From a virus (Duplodnaviria > Caudoviricetes): 25,888 nucleotides of DNA. Below are positions 15,625 through 22,421 of the stretch, in pieces. The notes under the pieces were generated by a model. It was not told the DNA's origin. It was given only the letters and a program-made list of their open reading frames with translations, and did no database searches. The DNA is taken from positions 1-25,888 of the IMG/VR virus record IMGVR_UViG_3300033076_000693; one strand, given 5' to 3'. The first letter of the stretch is position 1; each line of letters starts with the position of its first letter. Both the position numbers and the translations under genes were made by a program.

Positions 15625-16482
15625 ACCAAGTCCTTCGCCGACGAAATGGAAGAACTTCTGAACGCCCCGGCCCGCACGGCCCCCGCGCCGATGCCGGAGA
15701 TCGTCAAGGTCGCCGAGGCCGCCGAGCGCCGCATCATCGAGAACTGCCCGAAGTGCCGGGGCACCGGTCGCTTCATCAGCTATTCCGGTCGCCCCCTCGG
15801 CGAGTGCTTCACCTGCAAGGGCGCTGGCAAGAAGGCCTTCGCCAACGCCGCCCCGGTGCGTGCCGCGAACCGCGAGAAGGCCGCCGCCCGCCGCGAGGCC
15901 GCCAAGGCCGAAGTGGTCAACGGCTTCGCCGCCGCCCACCCCGCAATCCACGCTTGGCTCGTCGCCAAGGCCCCCACCTTCGGTTTCGCCGCGTCGCTGC
16001 TGGAGGGCGTCCAGAAGTTCGGCAGCCTGACGGAGAAGCAAATCGCCGCCGCCGAGCGCCTGATGGCCTCGGACGCCGAGCGCGACGCCCAGCGGGCCGC
16101 GCAGCGCGCCGCCGCCCCGGTCGCCAAGACCTACCCCGCTCTGACGGCTGTCGTCACTGCCTTCGCGCATGTCACCATCGGCCAGATCGGCTTCAGCAAA
16201 AAGAACGGCGAGCCGCTCTGGTGGGTCAAGTCGGGCGATGCCCTCGTCGGCAAGCTCGACGCCGACGGCCTCCAGCTCTGGAACGGCAAGATCGCCAAGG
16301 CCGGTCTAGACCGCGCCGCCATCGAGGCCGCCCTCGACGAGATCGAGCGCGACCCGAAGCTCGCTCTCGCGGCCCACGGCCACGCCACGGGCAGCTGCGG
16401 CTGCTGCGGTCGCGAGCTGACCGACCCAGAGAGCATCGAGCGCGGCATTGGCCCGATCTGCGCTGGCAAAATCGGCTTCTGA
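15622..16482 (+). CDS. Zn-finger protein with C-terminal DUF6011-like domain
   Basis: CPKCRGTG...CFTCKGAG (DnaJ-type CxxCxGxG) and CGCCGRELTDPESIERGIGPIC. Confidence 0.8.
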   Translation: MTKSFADEMEELLNAPARTAPAPMPEIVKVAEAAERRIIENCPKCRGTGRFISYSGRPLGECFTCKGAGKKAFANAAPVRAANREKAAARREAAKAEVVNGFAAAHPAIHAWLVAKAPTFGFAASLLEGVQKFGSLTEKQIAAAERLMASDAERDAQRAAQRAAAPVAKTYPALTAVVTAFAHVTIGQIGFSKKNGEPLWWVKSGDALVGKLDADGLQLWNGKIAKAGLDRAAIEAALDEIERDPKLALAAHGHATGSCGCCGRELTDPESIERGIGPICAGKIGF

Positions 16483-16491
16483 GGCAAACAA

Positions 16492-16514
16492 GGGAGGGGC
16501 ATCATGCCCCTCCC
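16492..16514. repeat. perfect inverted repeat just upstream of an RBS
   Basis: gggaggggcat-c-atgcccctccc; no U-tract. Confidence 0.6.
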
Positions 16515-16527
16515 GCAGGAGGATCCC

Positions 16528-16797
16528 ATGGCAGACCACCACCACCAGATCATCGGCATGCATCTCGGTCGCGGCGACCGTGCCGTCGATCTCGACGTCG
16601 TCGCGACGTACACGTATCGGGCCGGATATCCCGGCAAGCTCTGGGGGCCGCCCGAGCATTGCTATCCGCCGGAAGGCCCCGAGGTCGAACTGGTTGCGCT
16701 TTTCGCGGGTGCCGTCGATCTGCTGCCCCTGATCGACGACGACATCCGCGACGAAATTATCGACACCATCTGTGAAAACCACAACGAGGAGTACTAA
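16528..16797 (+). CDS. hypothetical phage protein
   Basis: GGAGG RBS; GKLWGPPEHCYPPEGPEVE motif. Confidence 0.75.
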   Translation: MADHHHQIIGMHLGRGDRAVDLDVVATYTYRAGYPGKLWGPPEHCYPPEGPEVELVALFAGAVDLLPLIDDDIRDEIIDTICENHNEEY

Positions 16798-16798
16798 G

Positions 16799-16978
16799 AT
16801 GAAGATCCGCACAACGCACGACCCGCGCGCCCTGCTCCCCTCGTGGGAGTGGATCGCAGTCGACGACGACACCTATGACGGTGCGCCGGATGCAGGCCCG
16901 CGCGCTCGTGCCATCGGCTACGGTGCGACCGAGGCCGAAGCCATTGCCGACCTCAAGGAGCAGCTCGATGTCGAGTGA
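16799..16978 (+). CDS. small phage protein (59 aa)
   Basis: GAGGAG RBS; WIAVDDDTYDGAPD...IGYGATEAEAIADL. Confidence 0.75.
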   Translation: MKIRTTHDPRALLPSWEWIAVDDDTYDGAPDAGPRARAIGYGATEAEAIADLKEQLDVE

Positions 16979-17177
16979 AGGGATCGAATACGAAGCCGAA
17001 GTTTACTGGTCGACGGCGCAATATATCGCCGACGCCAAGCGCCTCGGCGTGTACCTGACCAAGGACGACATCGCACAAATCCGGGCAAACGCGATGCGCC
17101 TGCAGGCGAGCCGCTTTGCCAGCGTGCGCCGCTGCGCCCGGAGTTTGCCGGTCGTCGTCGTCAACGCGCCTGCGTGA
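16968..17177 (+). CDS. hypothetical protein (69 aa)
   Basis: AAGGAG RBS; MSSEGIEYEAEVYW... Confidence 0.6.
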   Translation: MSSEGIEYEAEVYWSTAQYIADAKRLGVYLTKDDIAQIRANAMRLQASRFASVRRCARSLPVVVVNAPA

Positions 17178-17463
17178 GACTGAACGCATACTCCGTCACG
17201 AGGACGCGCCGGGACGGCAGGCCGAGTTGTTTTAGCACAAGCACCATGTTGTGCGCGCCCGATGTGTAGTCCCATTCGTAGACATGCGGGATTGGCATCT
17301 TGGCGTGTGCCCCGCGCAGCCTGTAGGTAAAGCGGCGGCTGTTGGACATGTCTTGGCCGTACCATGCTTGCTCCACGAACAGGTCTTCACCTGACGGAAT
17401 AACCGTCAATCTGTACAGCAGACGACGCGGCGCGCGAGCGCGCTTCAGGTATGGCTGCGTCAT
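17161..17463 (-). CDS. hypothetical protein (100 aa)
   Basis: GGAGG RBS and ATGA start lie inside anchor A; MTQPYLKRARAPRR... Confidence 0.6.
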   Translation of the reverse strand: MTQPYLKRARAPRRLLYRLTVIPSGEDLFVEQAWYGQDMSNSRRFTYRLRGAHAKMPIPHVYEWDYTSGAHNMVLVLKQLGLPSRRVLVTEYAFSLTQAR

Positions 17464-18314
17464 CGCGGGGCCTCCGGTGCTGCCGCGCCGATAAACGAAA
17501 TCTTGTAGTAGCCGCTCTTGGATCGGTGTTCTTGGTCGCAATAGCGACGGAACGCGGCCTCGTGAAGTTCGCCGGGCAGCATTTTAATGCTGGTGCCGAC
17601 CGTGCCACCCTTCCACGATCCCTTCTCTTTGCCCGTCTCGCCGGAGAATTCGATATTGAGAGTGCGTTCGATCTTTGGCTTGCGGAACCACGCAAGCCAC
17701 TTGAACCAGCCCTCGCCATGATGCCATTCGAGTTCTTCGATTCTCGTCTTGGCAATCTGTCGCTCGCCATCGTAATCAGCGAAAGCGAACTCGACGTGGG
17801 GGCAATCTTCTTCGGCCTTCTTCACTTGGTCCCAAATGTCGAAAAGCCGCCCCCTCGGTTCGGTCCATACGTGCTCGCCGTTCAGGCCATACAGACTGCG
17901 CCTAACATTACGATGTCCTTTCCACGGCAAGAACCAGCCCCACTGCTGCTGCACATCGCTATCGCCGCTTGGGCCACCTGTCCGTCCGTAGTAGACGGAG
18001 AGATGGCTGCCGCTCAGGCTGAAACCGTACTTGCGCGGATCGATGTTCCAATACCAGTTGCGCCCTAACCGTTCGACGGTCTGCGCATCCCAGTTAGGAT
18101 AGACCTTTTCGCGCCACGGCCGGATGATGTTCGGCAGCGCGACGATCAGTGTGGCGTTCTTCATGCTGATGCGCAGTGTGCACGTCCCAGTATCGTCACC
18201 GTCGCGATCTCCGCGTGATTTCAGAACCACGGCCCAGTGCGGATACGACGTGCTGTAAGACCAAGTGAACGGCCCAAAATAGCGGTCGTTGTCGCTCCAT
18301 CGCGCACGCATCAT
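17460..18314 (-). CDS. Trp-rich hypothetical phage protein
   Basis: AAGGAG RBS; RWSDNDRYFGPFT...EFSGETGKEKGSWKGGTVG; ends AAAPEAPR (anchor A). Confidence 0.75.
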   Translation of the reverse strand: MMRARWSDNDRYFGPFTWSYSTSYPHWAVVLKSRGDRDGDDTGTCTLRISMKNATLIVALPNIIRPWREKVYPNWDAQTVERLGRNWYWNIDPRKYGFSLSGSHLSVYYGRTGGPSGDSDVQQQWGWFLPWKGHRNVRRSLYGLNGEHVWTEPRGRLFDIWDQVKKAEEDCPHVEFAFADYDGERQIAKTRIEELEWHHGEGWFKWLAWFRKPKIERTLNIEFSGETGKEKGSWKGGTVGTSIKMLPGELHEAAFRRYCDQEHRSKSGYYKISFIGAAAPEAPR

Positions 18315-18315
18315 C

Positions 18316-18639
18316 TTATTTCTCCTTTTTGGAATCTGTCGGCGTCGTCGTCCCGCGCATCGCGGCGAGGACGGCTGCGCGGGCTGCTTCACACTCCTTG
18401 TCGTATCCCATGCGCCCGTCTGCGGCGTATCCTGCGGCGTCGATTAACGCATCCACCAGCGCCACGGCGTCCGCTGTCGGCTGCGGCGTGAGGGCGGCGA
18501 GTGCCGCTTGATAGCCCGCGATGTAGCTGTCGAATGCAGCGGTGTAATCGTCTCCGCTCCAATGCTTCGCCGCATACTCATCCGCTTGTTTCGCTCCCAG
18601 TTCCTCGGCGGGCGGGGTGGGGGTCATGTCACTTGCCAT
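18316..18639 (-). CDS. mosaic accessory protein sharing LTPQP and ARAAVLA anchors with 3216..3659
   Basis: Anchors C and B in frame; start at 18639 or 18627. Confidence 0.7.
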   Translation of the reverse strand: MASDMTPTPPAEELGAKQADEYAAKHWSGDDYTAAFDSYIAGYQAALAALTPQPTADAVALVDALIDAAGYAADGRMGYDKECEAARAAVLAAMRGTTTPTDSKKEK

Positions 18640-18871
18640 CGGGCTTGGTCCTCTCGGTGAGCGACTTTTCGAGCGCGTCAAACCGCCCGCACAAATGCGT
18701 CATGCGTTTGACGTTGCAGGGGAAGCACCACGGCCCCCAATAAGTGACGCATCCCTTCGCACCACACCCCGCGCACCTGACTCGTGGGCGTAGCTTATTG
18801 CTCGGGTGCGTTGCATCGGCCCACGCAGGCGGGTTTTCGGGCTTCGCGGTCATCGGGTCACGCTTTGGCAC
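18629..18871 (-). CDS. small Cys-rich (putative Zn-binding) protein with MPKRDPMTA start
   Basis: CAGCGAKGCVTYWGPWCFPCN; GGAGG + GTG start in anchor E. Confidence 0.7.
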   Translation of the reverse strand: MPKRDPMTAKPENPPAWADATHPSNKLRPRVRCAGCGAKGCVTYWGPWCFPCNVKRMTHLCGRFDALEKSLTERTKPDGK

Positions 18872-19154
18872 GGTCGCCTCCGTCGAGAAGGGCGCGGGTC
18901 GCCATGAGGACGGGATCGCCGCGCTCCATTGCGTCCACCGGATCACACGTTCCGCCGAGCGAAACGATGCGGTCTCGGCCCGATTCAATTGTGTTGACGT
19001 ACCCGCGATAGAGACGGCGCATCCCATCTTCCAGCGCAGCTATCCGCTCATCCTTCCGGCGCACGTCGTCATCGGTGTAGCCGACGGGTTCGTAATGAAC
19101 GACGCCAATATCTGGTCCAGTTGTTTTCTCGTGTCTGCGATACAGTTCAGCCAC
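18858..19154 (-). CDS. hypothetical protein, direct-repeat-flanked cassette
   Basis: LYRGYVNTIESGRDRIVSLGGTCDPVDAMERGDP; ends GGDRAKA like 4277..5179. Confidence 0.75.
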   Translation of the reverse strand: MAELYRRHEKTTGPDIGVVHYEPVGYTDDDVRRKDERIAALEDGMRRLYRGYVNTIESGRDRIVSLGGTCDPVDAMERGDPVLMATRALLDGGDRAKA

Positions 19155-19827
19155 GGTCGCCTCTTTCGGTCAGTGCCTGACGCGCCACAAGTCCCGCCTC
19201 CAGACATGGCGTGCAGCATGAATTATCCGCGATGCTCTTGAGCGCAGCAGCCAGCTTGTCGGCGCGGGCTTTCTCTGCCGCGAATAGCGCCTTGATTTCG
19301 TCGCGTGCGTTGAGCGCGTCCGCTTGCGCTTTGTAGTCGGTCTGCGCTTGGTGCGTGTTCGAGCGAGTAAAGCGCGACACAGCATCGCTCAACTTGTCGA
19401 TAGCGCGGTGCAGATCGTCGGCAGGGGCGGGCTTGTCCTCTGCGCGCCATTCATCGAGCGGCACATGCTTTCCGTCGCGCAGAACACCCGTTCCATGAAC
19501 CAGCGCGTCGGCGTTGGCCTTGTCCCATTCGGTTGGCTCGCCGCTTTTCCGAAAGTCATCGAGGATGCGCCGATAAGTGCCGTCAGGATCGGCGGGAGCG
19601 GCGGCGCTGCCCGGACCTTCGCGCGCCACTTGCGTGGCCGTCCGCACACCAGTTTCGACCCCGATGTGATCGTCCCGAATGACGGTGCGCGGATCAGGGG
19701 CCTCGGCCTCCCGGCGCGCGGCTTCTTCGCGGAGCCAGTCAGCCCAAGTTGAAGGACCGGCGAATCTCAGCCATGATGCCCACAGATGGGCCAAGTCCCG
19801 CAGCATCGGCGGCGTCAGGCGGTCCAT
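19147..19827 (-). CDS. modular mosaic accessory protein, MDRLTPP family copy 2
   Basis: ATG at 19827 (TAATG overlap); anchors J, I, H, G, F in frame. Confidence 0.75.
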   Translation of the reverse strand: MDRLTPPMLRDLAHLWASWLRFAGPSTWADWLREEAARREAEAPDPRTVIRDDHIGVETGVRTATQVAREGPGSAAAPADPDGTYRRILDDFRKSGEPTEWDKANADALVHGTGVLRDGKHVPLDEWRAEDKPAPADDLHRAIDKLSDAVSRFTRSNTHQAQTDYKAQADALNARDEIKALFAAEKARADKLAAALKSIADNSCCTPCLEAGLVARQALTERGDRG

Positions 19828-20075
19828 TAGCGTGTCTCCGTCTTTGCAAGGCAGCGGTTCGCTTCCGCAGGATCGTGCGCGAAATGCACTTCGGGATGAC
19901 CCCACTTGATGCGATTGCGGATGCCGCTTTCCCAGCGAACCGTAAAGACCTTCCGGCCCTTTTCGATGACGCGGCCATACAGGCATTGCAGACCCATTGC
20001 GCCTGTGTCGAAAAGCGTTTGCACGGTTTCGCCGCGACTTAACGTGCTCCATTGGGGCGTCAGGCGGTCGGTCAT
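19827..20075 (-). CDS. hypothetical protein (82 aa) with MTDRLTP start, direct-repeat-flanked cassette
   Basis: GAGGAG RBS; first 20 nt identical to the start of 4277..5179. Confidence 0.7.
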   Translation of the reverse strand: MTDRLTPQWSTLSRGETVQTLFDTGAMGLQCLYGRVIEKGRKVFTVRWESGIRNRIKWGHPEVHFAHDPAEANRCLAKTETR

Positions 20076-20077
20076 TG

Positions 20078-20209
20078 TCAGCTCCTCACGTTAAACAGGG
20101 CCGGGCGCATGTCGCCCCGCGCGACGCACAGTCGGCAGAGATCCGCGCGCCGTATGGCGAGGCGCGAGCTGGTCATCAGCAGGTAGCGGCGAAAATTACT
20201 GCGGATCAT
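20078..20209 (-). CDS. possible small protein (43 aa)
   Basis: ATGA-coupled ORF MIRSNFRRYLLMTSS... that fills the gap exactly. Confidence 0.4.
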   Translation of the reverse strand: MIRSNFRRYLLMTSSRLAIRRADLCRLCVARGDMRPALFNVRS

Positions 20210-20466
20210 GCGCTTGCCTTCGCGTCTTTAAGTGCCCTAATCAGCTTCTGGCGCGCGTGCGGATTGCGCCAGCGCGCACGCATGCGCTTGCTGGCGGCCT
20301 TGCGGGCTTCGGGCGTCCAGCCCGCCGTGCTGCGTGCGCGACGCTTGCTCGGCTTTTTGATTGCCTTGGCCGGTTCCGCCGTCATTTGCTCGGCGACGCA
20401 CCGGAAAATGTCAGCAACGCAGACGGCAACCTGTCGGATCAGCTTGGCTTGGGTTTTCTTGTTCAT
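20206..20466 (-). CDS. small basic protein with NUMOD3-like motif
   Basis: WTPEARKAASKRMRARW; GGAG RBS. Confidence 0.6.
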   Translation of the reverse strand: MNKKTQAKLIRQVAVCVADIFRCVAEQMTAEPAKAIKKPSKRRARSTAGWTPEARKAASKRMRARWRNPHARQKLIRALKDAKASA

Positions 20467-20513
20467 TTTTCAGTCTCCAAAAATAATGCGAAAAATCAGG
20501 AACACGAGGTCAA

Positions 20514-20732
20514 TCATTGAGCGGTCTCCCTAAGGGCGTCCGCGACGCCGTTTAATTCAAGGGCGCGCACGCGCAGCGCCATTTCGATGTTGGCGAGTGA
20601 CCCAGCCCCCGGCGGTCGGGCACCGCTGTACCAGCGGCGCACCGTGCGCGGATTGGTGCCGAGCATCTCGGCGGCCTTCTCGCAGCCGCCCAGCACGTCG
20701 AGGGCGACGCGGATCATGTCGGGGGTGATCAT
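20514..20732 (-). CDS. Cro-like HTH protein
   Basis: GGCEKAAEMLGTNPRTVRRWYSGARPP. Confidence 0.75.
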   Translation of the reverse strand: MITPDMIRVALDVLGGCEKAAEMLGTNPRTVRRWYSGARPPGAGSLANIEMALRVRALELNGVADALRETAQ

Positions 20733-20974
20733 TCATTGTCCTCCGCGATTTCGTAGCAGTCGCCCAGCACGGTCAGGATCTCGTCGTCGCGCAGCAGGCG
20801 GCGCTCCTCCAGCATCGCGAGCAGGCGGCCCACCATGTTGGCCGCATTCTCGACCTGCTCGGTCAGGCGGTGGATCTGGTCCTCGGCGTGGGCGGACATG
20901 ATCGTCGCACGCGCGGCGTCGTCGAGATCCATGGCCTGCTTGGTGCTGTTCCAGCTTGTGGAGATGAGCTTCAT
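20729..20974 (-). CDS. hypothetical protein (81 aa)
   Basis: GGAGG RBS; coupled. Confidence 0.7.
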   Translation of the reverse strand: MKLISTSWNSTKQAMDLDDAARATIMSAHAEDQIHRLTEQVENAANMVGRLLAMLEERRLLRDDEILTVLGDCYEIAEDNE

Positions 20975-21262
20975 CTACCGGCCCTCCGCTTTGGCAATGG
21001 CGGCACGCGCCGCGTCGAACTCGACCGTCTTGCGATCCGCAACCGCAACCACCGCTTTCAGCGCCTCCAACATCTCCGGCGCTGCCGCGATCAGGCGGGC
21101 GTTGTCCTCCGGCAAATGTTTGAAGGTGACGTTGACAGTCGCGACGTGCATGCCGACACCACCCGCAGGATTGTGCGGCTTTACCGTGCGAATGAGATAG
21201 TCCCACTCGCCACCACGCTTGTTGATGTCCAGCATCCAAGGGCCGGGCGTGTGCTTGCTCAT
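20975..21262 (-). CDS. phage protein of the HTPGPW...ARLIAAAPE family
   Basis: MSKHTPGPW...DNARLIAAAPEMLEALK...ARAAIAKAEG. Confidence 0.8.
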   Translation of the reverse strand: MSKHTPGPWMLDINKRGGEWDYLIRTVKPHNPAGGVGMHVATVNVTFKHLPEDNARLIAAAPEMLEALKAVVAVADRKTVEFDAARAAIAKAEGR

Positions 21263-21825
21263 GCCACGTCTCCCTTCTGGAACTGCTTCAGGAGATCCGC
21301 GAGTGCGGCGTCAAAGGCGGCGGCCTCATCGAGGGTAAGGCCTTCGACGCGCACTGTGCGCGAAACATCGAAACGCCCCGTGCGCGATGTCGGGTCGATG
21401 GTCGTGCCGCCCGGCAGCTTGAAGCCATAGCCACGTTCCTGCGGGAAATGGGCGTTGATGGCATCGATGTTCGTCGAGCGGATGTTGCTTGCGGCTTGCT
21501 GGCGCGTCTTGCGCTCGGCGCAATAGATCAGCCCGTCGGCGATGGCGGTATAGTCGAAGCCATGCTCGCGCTTGGCCGACCAGTGAAAGCGGCCCTTGCT
21601 CTCGCCGTCGATGTCGACGTACCAGCCGCCGCTGTGGTCCGGCCTCCACTGCGAGGATCCCGGCGTGCGCTTGCGGCGGATATCGATGCGGACGTACTGC
21701 CCGAGGAGCAGGACGCGCTCCTCCCAGCCGGTCTTGCCGTTGTGCGTGGCCGTCACATTGCGCGTCTTGATCGCGGCGAGGATGTTGGCGATGATCTGCT
21801 CGCGGGTAATGTCGTTGGCGTTCAT
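21259..21825 (-). CDS. hypothetical protein (188 aa)
   Basis: AAGGAGG RBS; strong codon bias. Confidence 0.7.
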   Translation of the reverse strand: MNANDITREQIIANILAAIKTRNVTATHNGKTGWEERVLLLGQYVRIDIRRKRTPGSSQWRPDHSGGWYVDIDGESKGRFHWSAKREHGFDYTAIADGLIYCAERKTRQQAASNIRSTNIDAINAHFPQERGYGFKLPGGTTIDPTSRTGRFDVSRTVRVEGLTLDEAAAFDAALADLLKQFQKGDVA

Positions 21826-21840
21826 GTGTGTCGGGCCTCC

Positions 21841-22044
21841 TTAGCCCTGCTTGGTAATCGGTTCGACGTAGAGGTCGCGGTTCACGACGAGGCCGTGGCG
21901 GCCCACGTAGTTCGACGCAACTTCGGTGATGCTGACTTCGCCGCGCTTCTCCATGGCGCGTGCCCGGCGCTTCTGGGCGGGCGTCACGGCGGTCCACGGC
22001 ATGTTCCGCAGGGTCCACGCGAGTGCTTGGGTGATGTCGCTCAT
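21841..22044 (-). CDS. hypothetical protein (67 aa)
   Basis: GGAGG RBS; ATGA-coupled; MSDITQALAWTLRN... Confidence 0.65.
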   Translation of the reverse strand: MSDITQALAWTLRNMPWTAVTPAQKRRARAMEKRGEVSITEVASNYVGRHGLVVNRDLYVEPITKQG

Positions 22045-22172
22045 GCGCGCCTCCCGTCGAGCCAAGCCTGTGCAGCTTCGCGGGTCGCGTGCGGGCCGCC
22101 GAGGGGGGCCTGATGGGGGCCGCGCACGACGTACCATGCGCCCAGCAGCCGGTTGTAGACGATGCGGATCAT
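22041..22172 (-). CDS. small phage protein (43 aa)
   Basis: Hand translation MIRIVYNRLLGAWYVVRGPHQAPLGGPHATREAAQAWLDGRRA; fills the gap and is coupled downstream. Confidence 0.65.
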   Translation of the reverse strand: MIRIVYNRLLGAWYVVRGPHQAPLGGPHATREAAQAWLDGRRA

Positions 22173-22175
22173 GGC

Positions 22176-22349
22176 TCAGGCCCCCACCCGCTCGTGGGTG
22201 CCGTCGCGGAAGATCCAGTACGCCGTGCCGGTCACGTCGACCGCGCGATAGGCGTGGACCTGCGGCGAGAGGAACTCAAGCTTCCAGTCGTCGAGCGCGA
22301 GCCACTCGTTGATGGTCATGCCGCGCGTGTTGTTCTTGATCTGGGTCAT
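22176..22349 (-). CDS. hypothetical protein (57 aa), first gene after leader copy 4
   Basis: GGAG RBS; MTQIKNNTRGMTINEWLALDDW... Confidence 0.65.
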   Translation of the reverse strand: MTQIKNNTRGMTINEWLALDDWKLEFLSPQVHAYRAVDVTGTAYWIFRDGTHERVGA

Positions 22350-22421
22350 CTGGATCATCTCCTGTTGGCGGGTCGAAGCGACCCTCGAAAAGACAATCTC
22401 ACGAACATCAATCAGCGTCAA
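22347..22421 (-). promoter_or_regulatory. conserved promoter + hairpin leader, copy 4
   Basis: TTGACGCTGATTGA...AGGGTCgcttcGACCCgcca...GGAG...ATG. Confidence 0.7.

Larger units (their letters stand above)
17459..20075 (-). repeat. anchor-block series, array 2 (same order and orientation)
   Basis: A 17459-17483, B 18364-18384, C 18478-18494, E 18838-18881, F 19243-19278, G 19411-19436, H 19595-19624, I 19702-19733, J 19790-19824 and 20056-20075. Confidence 0.92.

Noticed and set aside
3215-20075. Anchors with variable spacers as a CRISPR array
   Set aside because: Each block differs from the others, occurs about twice, is protein-coding and irregularly spaced; no cas operon.
3215-20075. Diversity-generating retroelement (TR/VR pair)
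   Set aside because: No reverse transcriptase in the window; differences are whole-segment replacements, not adenine-specific substitutions.
17459-20075. Integron or shufflon
   Set aside because: No tyrosine or serine recombinase, no attC-like palindromes, and the repeats are direct rather than inverted.
20076-20205. Structured ncRNA or tRNA in the apparent gap
   Set aside because: No cloverleaf or T-loop motif; the gap is filled exactly by a coupled 43-codon ORF.
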